This document shows positions 1 through 9,304 of a stretch of DNA of 64,000 nt, one piece after another. Location: the NCBI GenBank assembly GCA_040386755.1, contig JAZKEY010000004.1, positions 263,137 to 327,136 of the forward strand, given 5' to 3'. This DNA is from Verrucomicrobiota bacterium (GTDB lineage Bacteria > Verrucomicrobiota > Verrucomicrobiia > Verrucomicrobiales > Akkermansiaceae). Numbering within the stretch: position 1 is the stretch's first letter; the number at the start of each line of letters is the position of its first letter. Position numbers and translations under genes: made by a program. Below the pieces are notes generated by a model. The model did no database searches. It saw only the letters and a list, made by a program, of their open reading frames with translations, and was not told the DNA's origin.

Positions 1-117
1 GAGGTTGTTCAAGTCTTCCTTGCCGACCCGGAATTCCTCCATTAATTCAAGCTGCTCAAGCGTCCCCAAGGCGGAAAGTTCGGCGGCGCTGATTTCATTG
101 AAAACGATCTGAAACAC
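1..117 (-). CDS. 5' part of a RelE/ParE-like protein (runs off the window edge)
   Basis: Hand translation from GTG at 117: VFQIVFNEISAAELSALGTLEQLELMEEFRVGKEDLNNL, open to base 1; resembles a Verrucomicrobial RelE-like family as recalled; not in the ORF track. Confidence 0.5.
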   Translation of the reverse strand, partial: MFQIVFNEISAAELSALGTLEQLELMEEFRVGKEDLNNL

Positions 118-174
118 CGGGACAGGCTAATGATGCGGGGTGGGTTTGCCAGTTCGAATTTGTTCGTTTCCGCG

Positions 175-215
175 AAAAAAAAGAACCCGGACACCGCAGG
201 TTTGCAGCGTCCGGG
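175..215 (-). terminator. Intrinsic terminator after the GH2 gene
   Basis: Stem CCCGGAC (186-192)/GTCCGGG (209-215) with an A-run at 175-182 (U-tract on the minus strand), 20 nt past the GH2 stop. Confidence 0.6.
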
Positions 216-234
216 CTCCGATGAAATCCAGCAA

Positions 235-2520
235 TCAATTCGCCGTCTCGGCGACGATGCCGGCATCGATGAACTGCCCGCCGTTGGTCTGGTGGCAGTG
301 AATCGCGATGATGTTGGCACCGGCTTTGAGCAGGTCTTTTTGAATCGGAAAATCGACGTAGCCGGTGACGTGGGCCTTCGTCTCGGCGATTTTCGTGCCA
401 TTGAGGAACACGACCGCATCCTCGTCGTGGAAAATACGCAGGATCAATTGCCCCACCGGTTCCTTGGCCACCTGCACCTCGCGGCGGATCCAGATGTCGT
501 TGGAGTTCCACTCGGTCCCGACCTTGGCGCCGGGAGTCATGCGGGTGCCGAAGCCGCCCTTGCCTTCGGTCCAGGCGGAATCATTGAAACCCGGTTTTTC
601 CCATCCCTCGGCCGGTGCCGTTAGAATAAACTTCGCCGGCTGGCCGTCCTTCTCCGAGGTCGGCACGATTTCCGTCTGCTTCACCACGTCCGGCGTGTTC
701 AGCAGCAAATCGGATAGAGGCTTGAGCCATGATGGTTCGACCTTGTTGAGGCGGTCGTAGGTCCGGAGACCGTTGATCTCCACCTCGACGTCGGTGGTCT
801 GGGTGTAAACCCCGGCGCAGACACCGCGCTTGCGGAGGCTGGCGAGGACGTCGATGGAGCGGGCGTAACGCTGTTTCCATTCATCCAGGTTTTTCGGCAA
901 GCCGCCGTAGCCCCAGTTAGGGCTGTTCTTGTTCCACAGATGTCCCTCGATGGGCATGCCGTGGCCGCCGAACTCTCCGACCACCTTCACGTAGTCGTCG
1001 AAACGCTTGTCCTCGAACGGGAATCCGGGATCCGGGTAGCGGTGCTCGTCGGCGATGTCACCGGCAGGCCAGAAATTGCCACCGCTCGCGATGTTGATCG
1101 GCCGCGTCTTGTCGTATTCGGCAGCCATTTTCCCGACTTCCATCGTCCGGTGCTGGCCCCACGCCTCGTTGAAGGGCGACCAGACGGCGATGCACGGCAC
1201 GTCGCGAAGGTGATCCACCATCCGCTTGTATTCGGTGACGAACTGCTCGTGGGCCTCATCCGGCCAGACGCCTTCAGGCGGTTTTGGAGCCATCCGCGTC
1301 CACGGCGGGTTCGAGCCTTTCGGGTTGGTCTCCGGACCGTAACCTTGGCTGACCTGGTCCTGCCACATCAACATCCCGACCTTGTCGCAATACGCGTAGT
1401 AGCGCCGCGGCTCGATCTTGATGTGCTTGCGGATCATGTTGAATCCGGCGGCCTTGAGGTAGTCGATGTCGGAAACCATCGCCGCATCCGACGGAGGCGT
1501 TAGAAGCCCGTCCGGCCACCAGCCCTGGTCCAGCGGGCCCCAATGGAAAATGCTCTTGCCGTTCAGCGTGAAGCGCCAGTTGCCGTTGGCGTCCTTCACC
1601 TTGCCGAACTCGCGCAGCGCGGTGTAAGACTTCACTTCATCGGCGACCTTGCCGCCGCCATCCAGCAGCTCGACTTTCAGATCGTAAAGATTCGGCGCAT
1701 CGGGCGACCAGAGTTTCGCGTCGGGGAATTTCAAGGTGATCTCGGAAGTGCCGCTGCCGGTGGCGATTTCCTTGCCGCCGAAGCTCGCGCTGACGCGGAC
1801 TTTTTCCCCTTCAATCGCTTTGCCGGAAAGCTTCGGCTGGACGGTCACGCTGCCCGTCTTGATGTCGGTGGTGAAATCCAGATCATGGATGAAACGCTCG
1901 TTCACGTTTTCCAACCACACCGTCTGCCAGATGCCGGTCACGCGGGTGTACCAGATGCCCTCGTTCTTGAGCTTCTGTTTGCCATGGAGCTGGAAGCCTT
2001 CGGTCGCGTCGTCCACGCGGACTAACAACTCGTTACCTTCCGCCTTCAGCTCATCCGTAATGTCGTAGGAAAACGGAGTGAAGCCGCCGGTATGACTGCC
2101 GACGCGTTTGCCGTTCACCCATACGGTCGTCGTGTAGTCCACGGCTTCGAAATGCAAAATCGTCCGCTTGCCCGCCTTCGATCCGGGCAACGGGCGTTTA
2201 TACCAAAGCGCTTCCGTCGGCTCGATCAGGCGACCCACACCCGACAAGCCCGACTCCGGACAAAACGGCACCAGGATTTTCCCCGCCCATGTCGCGGCGG
2301 TCGTCTCGTCCTTGCCGGTCACTGCGTAGTCCCACAGGCCGTTGAGGTTCGTCCAGTCGCCGCGCTCGAGCTGAGGCCGCGGGTATTCCTGCCAGACCTT
2401 GTCGGCCGTCACCTTGCGACCCCAGTCAGTCATCATGCCGCCCTTGACCGGCGCCCATTCCGCCGCGGCGGCGATGCCCGTGAGCGATGCTGCCAGCAGG
2501 CCTTTCCAAACCCGTTGCAT
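235..2520 (-). CDS. Glycoside hydrolase family 2 (beta-galactosidase-like), exported, with a C-terminal beta-sandwich domain
   Basis: Signal-like N-terminus MQRVWKGLLAASLTG; GH2 motifs EYPRPQL, NLNGLWDY, HFEAVDY, GFNMIRKHIK, FNEAWGQ, VGEFGG; likely start ATG 2520 (ORF track starts at 2598). Confidence 0.9.
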   Translation of the reverse strand: MQRVWKGLLAASLTGIAAAAEWAPVKGGMMTDWGRKVTADKVWQEYPRPQLERGDWTNLNGLWDYAVTGKDETTAATWAGKILVPFCPESGLSGVGRLIEPTEALWYKRPLPGSKAGKRTILHFEAVDYTTTVWVNGKRVGSHTGGFTPFSYDITDELKAEGNELLVRVDDATEGFQLHGKQKLKNEGIWYTRVTGIWQTVWLENVNERFIHDLDFTTDIKTGSVTVQPKLSGKAIEGEKVRVSASFGGKEIATGSGTSEITLKFPDAKLWSPDAPNLYDLKVELLDGGGKVADEVKSYTALREFGKVKDANGNWRFTLNGKSIFHWGPLDQGWWPDGLLTPPSDAAMVSDIDYLKAAGFNMIRKHIKIEPRRYYAYCDKVGMLMWQDQVSQGYGPETNPKGSNPPWTRMAPKPPEGVWPDEAHEQFVTEYKRMVDHLRDVPCIAVWSPFNEAWGQHRTMEVGKMAAEYDKTRPINIASGGNFWPAGDIADEHRYPDPGFPFEDKRFDDYVKVVGEFGGHGMPIEGHLWNKNSPNWGYGGLPKNLDEWKQRYARSIDVLASLRKRGVCAGVYTQTTDVEVEINGLRTYDRLNKVEPSWLKPLSDLLLNTPDVVKQTEIVPTSEKDGQPAKFILTAPAEGWEKPGFNDSAWTEGKGGFGTRMTPGAKVGTEWNSNDIWIRREVQVAKEPVGQLILRIFHDEDAVVFLNGTKIAETKAHVTGYVDFPIQKDLLKAGANIIAIHCHQTNGGQFIDAGIVAETAN

Positions 2521-2699
2521 TGACTTGGTTCGTAGAAATTCAGTGGTGGAGTAGGATCGGTTCATGGCTAACAGCCCGCACGTTGCGGGGCGAAACATTA
2601 ACTAGCAAGCTCCTCCCACCGACAACACCCCGAAAGGGGGGATTCGGGAATTCCCAATTTGGGTTTGGGAATCCCGCAGCCGTTCCCTAAGCTCGCGCC

Positions 2700-4793
2700 G
2701 TGGCGGCTGGCGACGACGATGCGCGATGGCAAACGGACGGGAAATTTTTCCGCTCCGGCGATCAGCGCGTCCGCATGAACGCCGTCACCTACGGGCCATT
2801 CCCCGGCGGCTGGCCGGAATCGTTTGACCCGGATTTTTCGCAAATCGCCGCCGCGGGCTTCAACGCGATCCGCCTCTTCGAAATGCCCGGCACCCCGCTG
2901 CTCAATGCCGCCGCCGTGCACGGACTGAAAGTCTTCGGTGGTCTGAAATGGGGCCTCAGCGCGGATTTCTTCCGCCAACCCGGCCTTTATTCCGCCGCCA
3001 CCGTCCAGCTCGTCGAGTCCCTGCGGGAAATCCACGAACACCCCGCGCTCGCCGGGATCTATGTCGGAAACGAAGTCCCCGCCGACCTCGCCCGCTGGAT
3101 GGGACCTCTTAAAGTCCGGCGCGCCATCGAGGAGCTCATTGCCGTCGGCCGGGAAGTCGCGCCCGGCCTGTTGTTTGCCTACGCGAACTACCCGAGCACC
3201 GAATACCTGGAGCCGGAAAACGCCGATTTCACCGCATTCAACATCTATCTGGAGTCCGAGCCCGTCTTCCGCGACTACCTGAAACGCCTTCACCACATCG
3301 CCGGCGACCGGCCGCTCGTCATTTCCGAATTCGGCCTCGATTCCCGCCGCAACGGCCTCGACCGCCAGGCGGAAATCCTCGGTTGGGCCACCCGCGCCGC
3401 GCTCGAACTCGAAACCGCCGGGATGACTATTTACGCTTGGAGCGACCGCTGGCAAAACGCCGGAGCCGAGGTCCTCGACTGGGACTTCGGCCTCACCGAC
3501 CGCGCCGGAAATCCCAAGCCCGCGCTCTCAGCGATAAGGAGTGGGGACATTCCTGTCCCCACGTCTCCCAGCTTCAGCATCATCGTCTGCACCCGCAACG
3601 GCAGATCCCGCATCGGCGCTTGTTTGGAAGCCATCCATAGGTCCGATAAGTCCTATGGGACCTATGAAACCCTCGTCATCGACGACGGCTCAACCGACGG
3701 AACCGCCCCGTTCGTCCAACAAAACTTCCCCTGGGTCCGCCTCATCGTCCTCGAACCCTGCGGCCTCAGTGCCGCGCGAAATGCCGGGGCAGCCGCCGCG
3801 CTCGGCGACATTTTCGCATTCACCGATGACGACTGCGAACCCGACCGCGAATGGCTCACCCGCCTCCGCCCGATTTTCCAATCCGGAAAATTCGCCGCCG
3901 CCGGGGGGCCGAACCTCCCGCCGCCACCGCGAACCTGGGAGGAAGCCGTCGTCTGCGCCGCGCCCGGCGCGCCGAGCCACGTCATGCTCGACGATGTCGA
4001 AGCCGAGCACCTTCCAGGCTGCAATCTCGTCGTCACCCGCGCCGCTTTCGAGACCATCGGCGGCTTCGATCCGCAATTCCACACGGCCGGCGACGACGTC
4101 GATTTCTGTTGGCGTTTGCGAGACGCCGGGTTCCGCCTCGGCTTCGCGCCGGGTGCCTTCGTCTGGCATTGGCGGCGGCCGTCGTTGCGCGCGTTTCTCC
4201 GCCAGCAACTCGGCTACGGCCGCGCCGAGCACCTCTTGTTAGCCAAGCACCCCGCCCGTTTCACCAAGCGCGGCGGACCGCGGTGGGAAGGCTTCATCTA
4301 CGGCGGCGGGCCCGTCCGGGTCATGTCCGACTCCGTCATCTATCACGGCCCGATGGGCGAGGCCGGCTATCAGGCCATCGTCAACCGGATGCTCCCGTTG
4401 CGCGGGTTGGGGAAAAATTTCGACACGCTGAAGGCCCGGCTCGCCCTGTCGCTCGTCCGTTTTCTCCAGCCCCGGCTCCGCGCCTGGGCCAGAAATCACG
4501 TGCTCTGCCTGCGCGCTGGCTGGCCGCACAAGAGCCCCCCGTTTCCGCCGACCGAGGAATTCCACATCGACTCCCCGGAAGGAAAAGACCGCGAGCATTT
4601 CCTCGCCCTCCTCCTCGCCCAAGGCTGGAAACCCTGCGGCGACACCGAACCCTGGGATCTCGAACTCCACGGCACCCGCGTCCTCATGGCCACCGAGCGC
4701 GGCGACGGCATCGCCAAACGCACCCTTGTCCGGGTTTCCGCGCTCGACCCCGCCGCCGCTGTCCTACAGATTTACGTAGGTTTGATTCTGTAA
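2700..4793 (+). CDS. Fusion of a clan GH-A TIM-barrel domain and a glycosyltransferase family 2 domain
   Basis: N-half FNAIRLF, VGNEVP, ISEFG; C-half SIIVCTRNG, VIDDGSTDGT, FTDDDC, HLPGCNL, AGDDVDFCWRL. Confidence 0.85.
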   Translation: MAAGDDDARWQTDGKFFRSGDQRVRMNAVTYGPFPGGWPESFDPDFSQIAAAGFNAIRLFEMPGTPLLNAAAVHGLKVFGGLKWGLSADFFRQPGLYSAATVQLVESLREIHEHPALAGIYVGNEVPADLARWMGPLKVRRAIEELIAVGREVAPGLLFAYANYPSTEYLEPENADFTAFNIYLESEPVFRDYLKRLHHIAGDRPLVISEFGLDSRRNGLDRQAEILGWATRAALELETAGMTIYAWSDRWQNAGAEVLDWDFGLTDRAGNPKPALSAIRSGDIPVPTSPSFSIIVCTRNGRSRIGACLEAIHRSDKSYGTYETLVIDDGSTDGTAPFVQQNFPWVRLIVLEPCGLSAARNAGAAAALGDIFAFTDDDCEPDREWLTRLRPIFQSGKFAAAGGPNLPPPPRTWEEAVVCAAPGAPSHVMLDDVEAEHLPGCNLVVTRAAFETIGGFDPQFHTAGDDVDFCWRLRDAGFRLGFAPGAFVWHWRRPSLRAFLRQQLGYGRAEHLLLAKHPARFTKRGGPRWEGFIYGGGPVRVMSDSVIYHGPMGEAGYQAIVNRMLPLRGLGKNFDTLKARLALSLVRFLQPRLRAWARNHVLCLRAGWPHKSPPFPPTEEFHIDSPEGKDREHFLALLLAQGWKPCGDTEPWDLELHGTRVLMATERGDGIAKRTLVRVSALDPAAAVLQIYVGLIL

Positions 4794-4865
4794 AGAGCCG
4801 GATCATGATGCCGTAAACCGTCGCGGTTGCCTGCCGCATCCCAATCCATTCCCACCTTTATTTTC

Positions 4866-7800
4866 GTGAATCGCTCCCTGTTATCCGCTGGTCTAACTTG
4901 CTCATTCGGCATCGCCGTTTCCATCACCCCGCTGGAGGCCGCGCCGCAGTGGATCTGGTCGGCCAAGGAGGCGACATCCGGTCAGAAGGCCACCTTCGTC
5001 AAAAGTTTCACCGTCTCGGGACCGGTCAAATCCGCCCGCCTCAATTTTACCTGTGACAACGGCGCGACCGCTTTTCTGAACGGTCAGAAGGTCGCCGAAA
5101 ATCCGGATTGGAACGACCCCACCAGCGCGGATGTGGCCAAGCAGCTCAAGGCCGGCCAAAACGAACTCCGCTTCGACGCAAGGAACGAAGGCACCACCGC
5201 CGGCTTCGTCGCGACCTTGAAGATCGAAACCGCCGACGGGAAAAAATCCGTCATCGAGAGCGGCACCGATTGGACCGTCGCGCCCACCGGCAGCAGCGAT
5301 TTCAAACCCGCCGTGATGGTCGCGGCCTATGGCGGCGGCCCGTGGGGCACGCCACTGGATGGCGGTGCCAGCGTGCCCGACTCCACCGGGATCCAGGCAG
5401 CACCCGGTTTCTCCGTCGAGCTGCTCTACACCGTGCCGAAATCCCAACAGGGCTCCTGGGTGGTCATTACCGAGGACAACAAGGGCCGCCTCCTCACCAG
5501 CGACCAATACGGCGGCGTCTATCGGGTCACCCTGCCCCCCGCCGGGAAAAACGAGGAGCCCAAGGTGGAGCCCCTCACCCTTCCCAACGGGAAAAACGGC
5601 AAGCCCCTCGGTGGCGCACACGGCCTGTTATACGCCTTCGACAGCCTCTATCTGATGAACAACGAGATGGGCGACACCGGCCTGTGGCGCTTGTGGGACA
5701 CCGACCGCGACGACCAGTTCGACAAGGCCGAGTTCATCCGCAAGTGCGACGGCGGTGGCGAGCACGGCACCCACGGCATCGTCCTCGGACCCGATGGGAA
5801 ATCCATTTACTTCGCCAACGGCAACCACACCAAGGTCCCCGACAAAGTCGACTACATCCGCCCCGTCGCCATGGGTGAGGACCACCTCATCACCCGCCTG
5901 TGGGACGCCAACGGCCACGCCAAAGGCATCATGGCCCCCGGCGGCTATGTTTGCAAAACCGACCCCGAAGGCAAACGCGTCGAGCTCTTCGCCGGCGGTT
6001 TCCGCAACCAATATGACATCGCCTTCGACGCCAACGGCGAGCTCTTCACCTTCGACTCCGACATGGAATGGGACCTCGGCTCCCCTTGGTATATGCCCAC
6101 CCGCATCAACCACATCGTCAGCGCCGGTGACTACGGCTGGCGCTCCGGAGCCGGCCGCTGGCCCGAGTATTATGCCGACTCGCTGCCCGGCGCGGTGGAC
6201 ATCGGTCCCGGTTCGCCGACCGGCACCGTCTTCGGCACCGGTGCGAAATTCCCCGCGAAATACCAGCGCGCGATGTATGCCCTCGACTGGACCTACGGCA
6301 CCATGTGGGCCATCCACCTCAAGCCCGATGGTGCCAGCTTCAAAGCCGTGAAAGAGGATTTCATCTCCGGCAAACCCCTGCCCTTCACCGACGCCATCAT
6401 CCGCCGTGAGGACGGCGCCATGTATTTCACCACCGGCGGCCGCAAGAGCCAATCCGCCCTCTACCGCGTCACCTACACCGGCAAGGAAAGCACCACCGCC
6501 GCCGCGAAAATCGACCCCACCCCCGAGGCGAAACTCCGCCGCGCCTTGGAAACCCTCCATTCCCCCGACGCCGCCTCCGACGCCATTGCCAAAGCCTGGC
6601 CCTCGCTCGCCAGCAAGGACCGCTTCCTCCGCTTCGCCGCCCGCGAGGCCATCGAACGCCAGTCACCGGACAAATGGGCGGAAAAAGCCCTCGCCGAGAC
6701 CAACCCTCAAGCCTCCATCGAGGCCATCATCGCCCTCGCCCGCGTCGGTGACAAATCCCTCCAGCCCAAGCTCTTCGTCTCGCTCGGCCGCCTCGACTAT
6801 AACAAGCTCCCCGCCGACCTCCGCCTCGCTTACCTCCGCGCTTGGCAGCTCGTCTTCACCCGCATGGGCAAGCCCGCGCCGGATGTTTGTGCGAAAATCT
6901 CCCAGCGCCTCGATCCCCTGTTCCCCACCACCGACCCGCACGCCAACCGCGAGCTCGTCAACCTCCTCGTCTACCTCGACTCCCGCAGCATCGTCGCCAA
7001 GACCGTGCCCATGCTCGACACCGCCAAGGACGCCGACATCAACATCGCCAGCGAGGCCGTCCTCGCCCGCAACGTCGGCTACGCCAGCGCCGTCGCCGAC
7101 ATGCACGACAGCCACCCGAACCGCCAGGCCATCGCCTACGCCTACGCCCTGCGCGAGGCCAAAACCGGCTGGACCCCCGAGCTCCGCAAAACCTTCTTCG
7201 GCTGGTTCCCCCGCACCTCGAAATGGCGCGGCGGCAACAGCTTCAAAGGCTTCCTCAACACCATCCGCAGCGAAGCCCTCACCAACTGCGTGACCGACGC
7301 CACTGAGCGCGCCGCCCTCGACACCCTCTCCAAGCAGGCCCCGCCCGCTCCACCGGTGAACCTCGTCATGCCCAAAGGCCCCGGCAAGGACTACACCGCC
7401 GAGGAAATCGAGTCCCTCGCCAAGGACGGTATGAAAGGCCGCAACTTCGAGCAAGGCAAAGCCATGTTCTCCTCCCAGCTCTGCATCAACTGCCACCACT
7501 TCGGCGGTGACGGCGGCAACAGCGGCCCCGACCTCACCGGCTCCGGCAGCCGCTACACCGTCCGCGACCTCGCCGAAAACATCGTCGAGCCCTCCAAGGT
7601 CATCAGCGACCAATACCCCAGCGAGCAGATCGACCTCAAGGACGGCGGTGTCGTCGTCGGCCGTGTCGTCGTCGAAGAAAACGGCAAGCTCTTCGTCATG
7701 ACCAGCGCCCTCGCCCCCGACGCCCTCACCACCATCGATGGCGAAAACGTCAAGAACCGCCAGCCCTTCAGCATCTCCATGATGCCGCCCGGCCTGCTCA

Positions 7801-7880
7801 CCCCGCTGAACAAGGACGAGCTTCTCGACCTCATGGCCTACATCCTCTCCGGCGGAAATCCCAAGGATCCGAGGTTCTAG
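4866..7880 (+). CDS. PVC-type heme-binding (CxxCH) putative dehydrogenase: sugar-binding-like N-domain, beta-propeller, helical repeats, cytochrome c
   Basis: Signal peptide, GFRNQYDIAFDANGELFTFDSDMEWD propeller motif, CINCH heme motif, GPDLTG, SMMPPGL; likely GTG start 4866 (ORF track 4827). Confidence 0.85.
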   Translation: MNRSLLSAGLTCSFGIAVSITPLEAAPQWIWSAKEATSGQKATFVKSFTVSGPVKSARLNFTCDNGATAFLNGQKVAENPDWNDPTSADVAKQLKAGQNELRFDARNEGTTAGFVATLKIETADGKKSVIESGTDWTVAPTGSSDFKPAVMVAAYGGGPWGTPLDGGASVPDSTGIQAAPGFSVELLYTVPKSQQGSWVVITEDNKGRLLTSDQYGGVYRVTLPPAGKNEEPKVEPLTLPNGKNGKPLGGAHGLLYAFDSLYLMNNEMGDTGLWRLWDTDRDDQFDKAEFIRKCDGGGEHGTHGIVLGPDGKSIYFANGNHTKVPDKVDYIRPVAMGEDHLITRLWDANGHAKGIMAPGGYVCKTDPEGKRVELFAGGFRNQYDIAFDANGELFTFDSDMEWDLGSPWYMPTRINHIVSAGDYGWRSGAGRWPEYYADSLPGAVDIGPGSPTGTVFGTGAKFPAKYQRAMYALDWTYGTMWAIHLKPDGASFKAVKEDFISGKPLPFTDAIIRREDGAMYFTTGGRKSQSALYRVTYTGKESTTAAAKIDPTPEAKLRRALETLHSPDAASDAIAKAWPSLASKDRFLRFAAREAIERQSPDKWAEKALAETNPQASIEAIIALARVGDKSLQPKLFVSLGRLDYNKLPADLRLAYLRAWQLVFTRMGKPAPDVCAKISQRLDPLFPTTDPHANRELVNLLVYLDSRSIVAKTVPMLDTAKDADINIASEAVLARNVGYASAVADMHDSHPNRQAIAYAYALREAKTGWTPELRKTFFGWFPRTSKWRGGNSFKGFLNTIRSEALTNCVTDATERAALDTLSKQAPPAPPVNLVMPKGPGKDYTAEEIESLAKDGMKGRNFEQGKAMFSSQLCINCHHFGGDGGNSGPDLTGSGSRYTVRDLAENIVEPSKVISDQYPSEQIDLKDGGVVVGRVVVEENGKLFVMTSALAPDALTTIDGENVKNRQPFSISMMPPGLLTPLNKDELLDLMAYILSGGNPKDPRF

Positions 7881-8000
7881 AAACTGGGAGCGCGAATCCA
7901 GAGTCTGCGCCAGCAGACTTGCAAAAACCGGCGTAGCCCTGACTGGCTGGCCCCTAGGCAAATTTATTTCGCGCGGATTGGCACCGGGGATACGCGCGAA

Positions 8001-8768
8001 ATGAATTTCGCGCTCCAATTTTCCATGCCCACCGACGCACAACGCCTCGCCACCCGCGAGCGCCCGACAGGCCTCCCCGTCATGCGCCAGCGTTGGTCCG
8101 GACTGCTCTTCCTCCACTGGCCGATCGAAATCTCCCTGATCCAAGCCCGCCTCCCACCCGGTTTGCACGTCGATACGTTCAACGGCCAGGCATGGATCGG
8201 CGTCGTGCCGTTTTTCATGGACCGCATCCGTCCGATCGGACATCCGCCGATGCCTTGGCTCTCTTGGTTCATGGAACTCAACGTCCGCACCTACGTCCAC
8301 GACGACACGGGAAATCCCGGCGTCTGGTTCTTCTCGCTCGATTGCAACCAACCGCTCGCCGTGGAAATCGCCCGCCGTGCGTTCCACCTCCCCTACCATC
8401 ACGCCGCCATGCGGAGCGAGAAATCCGGCCACCGCATCCACTACCGCTGCCAGCGGAAATCCGCCGACGCCCGGGAAGCCGCGTTCGACTACGAATCCCC
8501 CACCCACACCCAATCCGCCGTGCCCGGCTCGCTCGAATGGTTCCTCGTCGAGCGCTACCTCCTCTTCTCCACCAACCGCAGAAACGAACTCTTCAGCGGC
8601 CGCGTCCATCACACGCCCTACCAAATCGCGCCGGGGAAATGCGCTCACTGGTCCGCCGAGCCCCTGCGTTGGGAGGGATTTCCCGAGCCGGATTCATCCC
8701 CGCCTTCCCTCCTCACCGCCGATCCGGTGGACGTGACGGTTTTCCCCCTCCGCCGCTGTCGTGTTTAA
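8001..8768 (+). CDS. DUF2071 / YqjF family protein
   Basis: MRQRWSGLLFLHWP, FMELNVRTYV, GVWFFSLD, LEWFLVERY. Confidence 0.85.
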   Translation: MNFALQFSMPTDAQRLATRERPTGLPVMRQRWSGLLFLHWPIEISLIQARLPPGLHVDTFNGQAWIGVVPFFMDRIRPIGHPPMPWLSWFMELNVRTYVHDDTGNPGVWFFSLDCNQPLAVEIARRAFHLPYHHAAMRSEKSGHRIHYRCQRKSADAREAAFDYESPTHTQSAVPGSLEWFLVERYLLFSTNRRNELFSGRVHHTPYQIAPGKCAHWSAEPLRWEGFPEPDSSPPSLLTADPVDVTVFPLRRCRV

Positions 8769-8829
8769 AAATCCAATCACAACTGACTCACCCTCAGCTC
8801 TGTCCACCCTAAAAACCGTCGCCCGAAAC

Positions 8830-9081
8830 CCCGACCCGTTCACACGGACTGCCGATCGGTTGTCTGCCAGGCCCGAACCGTCCACCCGAAACCCCGACCG
8901 GTTGTCTGCCAAGGCCAAACCGTCCACCCGAAACCCCGAACCGGCGGCTGCGAAGCCCGAACCGTTCACCCAAAACCTCGAACCGTTGGCTGCCAGTCCC
9001 GAACCGTCCACCTGAAACCCCGAACCGTCGGCTGCCAGGCCCGAACCGTTGGCTGTTTGGCCCGAACCGGCCGCCCTGACG
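8830..9081. repeat. Degenerate 21-bp tandem repeat, 12 units, alternating into a 42-bp higher-order unit
   Basis: Type A CCCGAACCGTCCACCCGAAAC (e.g. 8872-8892) alternates with type B CCCGAACCGTTGGCTGCCAGG-like units (e.g. 8977-8997, 9019-9039). Confidence 0.9.
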
Positions 9082-9106
9082 GCCAAAACCGCCAGCCACC
9101 CGCCGA

Positions 9107-9302
9107 GGCAGGGACTGACCTCCGGGCAGTCAGGCGAATGAAAAGCAAATGTCCCGCCGCTGCGAAGCCGTTCCGTCCACCTCATCGGCCTCCTCATTCT
9201 CTCCACATTCTCAAGACCGCCCGGAATGCAGAGCGAGCGCTGGCGAGTCAAAAATCAACGCGAAGCGCACTACGCATGGCCGGAGGCAAGTCGGTCCCTG
9301 CC
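9107..9302. repeat. REP-like inverted pair
   Basis: GGCAGGGACTGAC (9107-9119) vs GTCGGTCCCTGCC (9290-9302), 12/13 complementary and extendable by CCTCCGG/CCGGAGG. Confidence 0.6.
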
Positions 9303-9304
9303 GG

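Noticed and set aside
2640-2675. Palindromic GGGAATTCCCAA/TTGGGAATCCC tract in the GH2-GT2 divergent region as an operator
   Set aside because: Imperfect, single occurrence, and no cognate regulator nearby; cannot be supported further
6663-8648. 661-aa minus-strand ORF
   Set aside because: Antisense to the cytochrome c protein and DUF2071; no recognisable domain
8830-9081. CRISPR array
   Set aside because: Units are contiguous and degenerate with no unique spacers, and no cas genes are present
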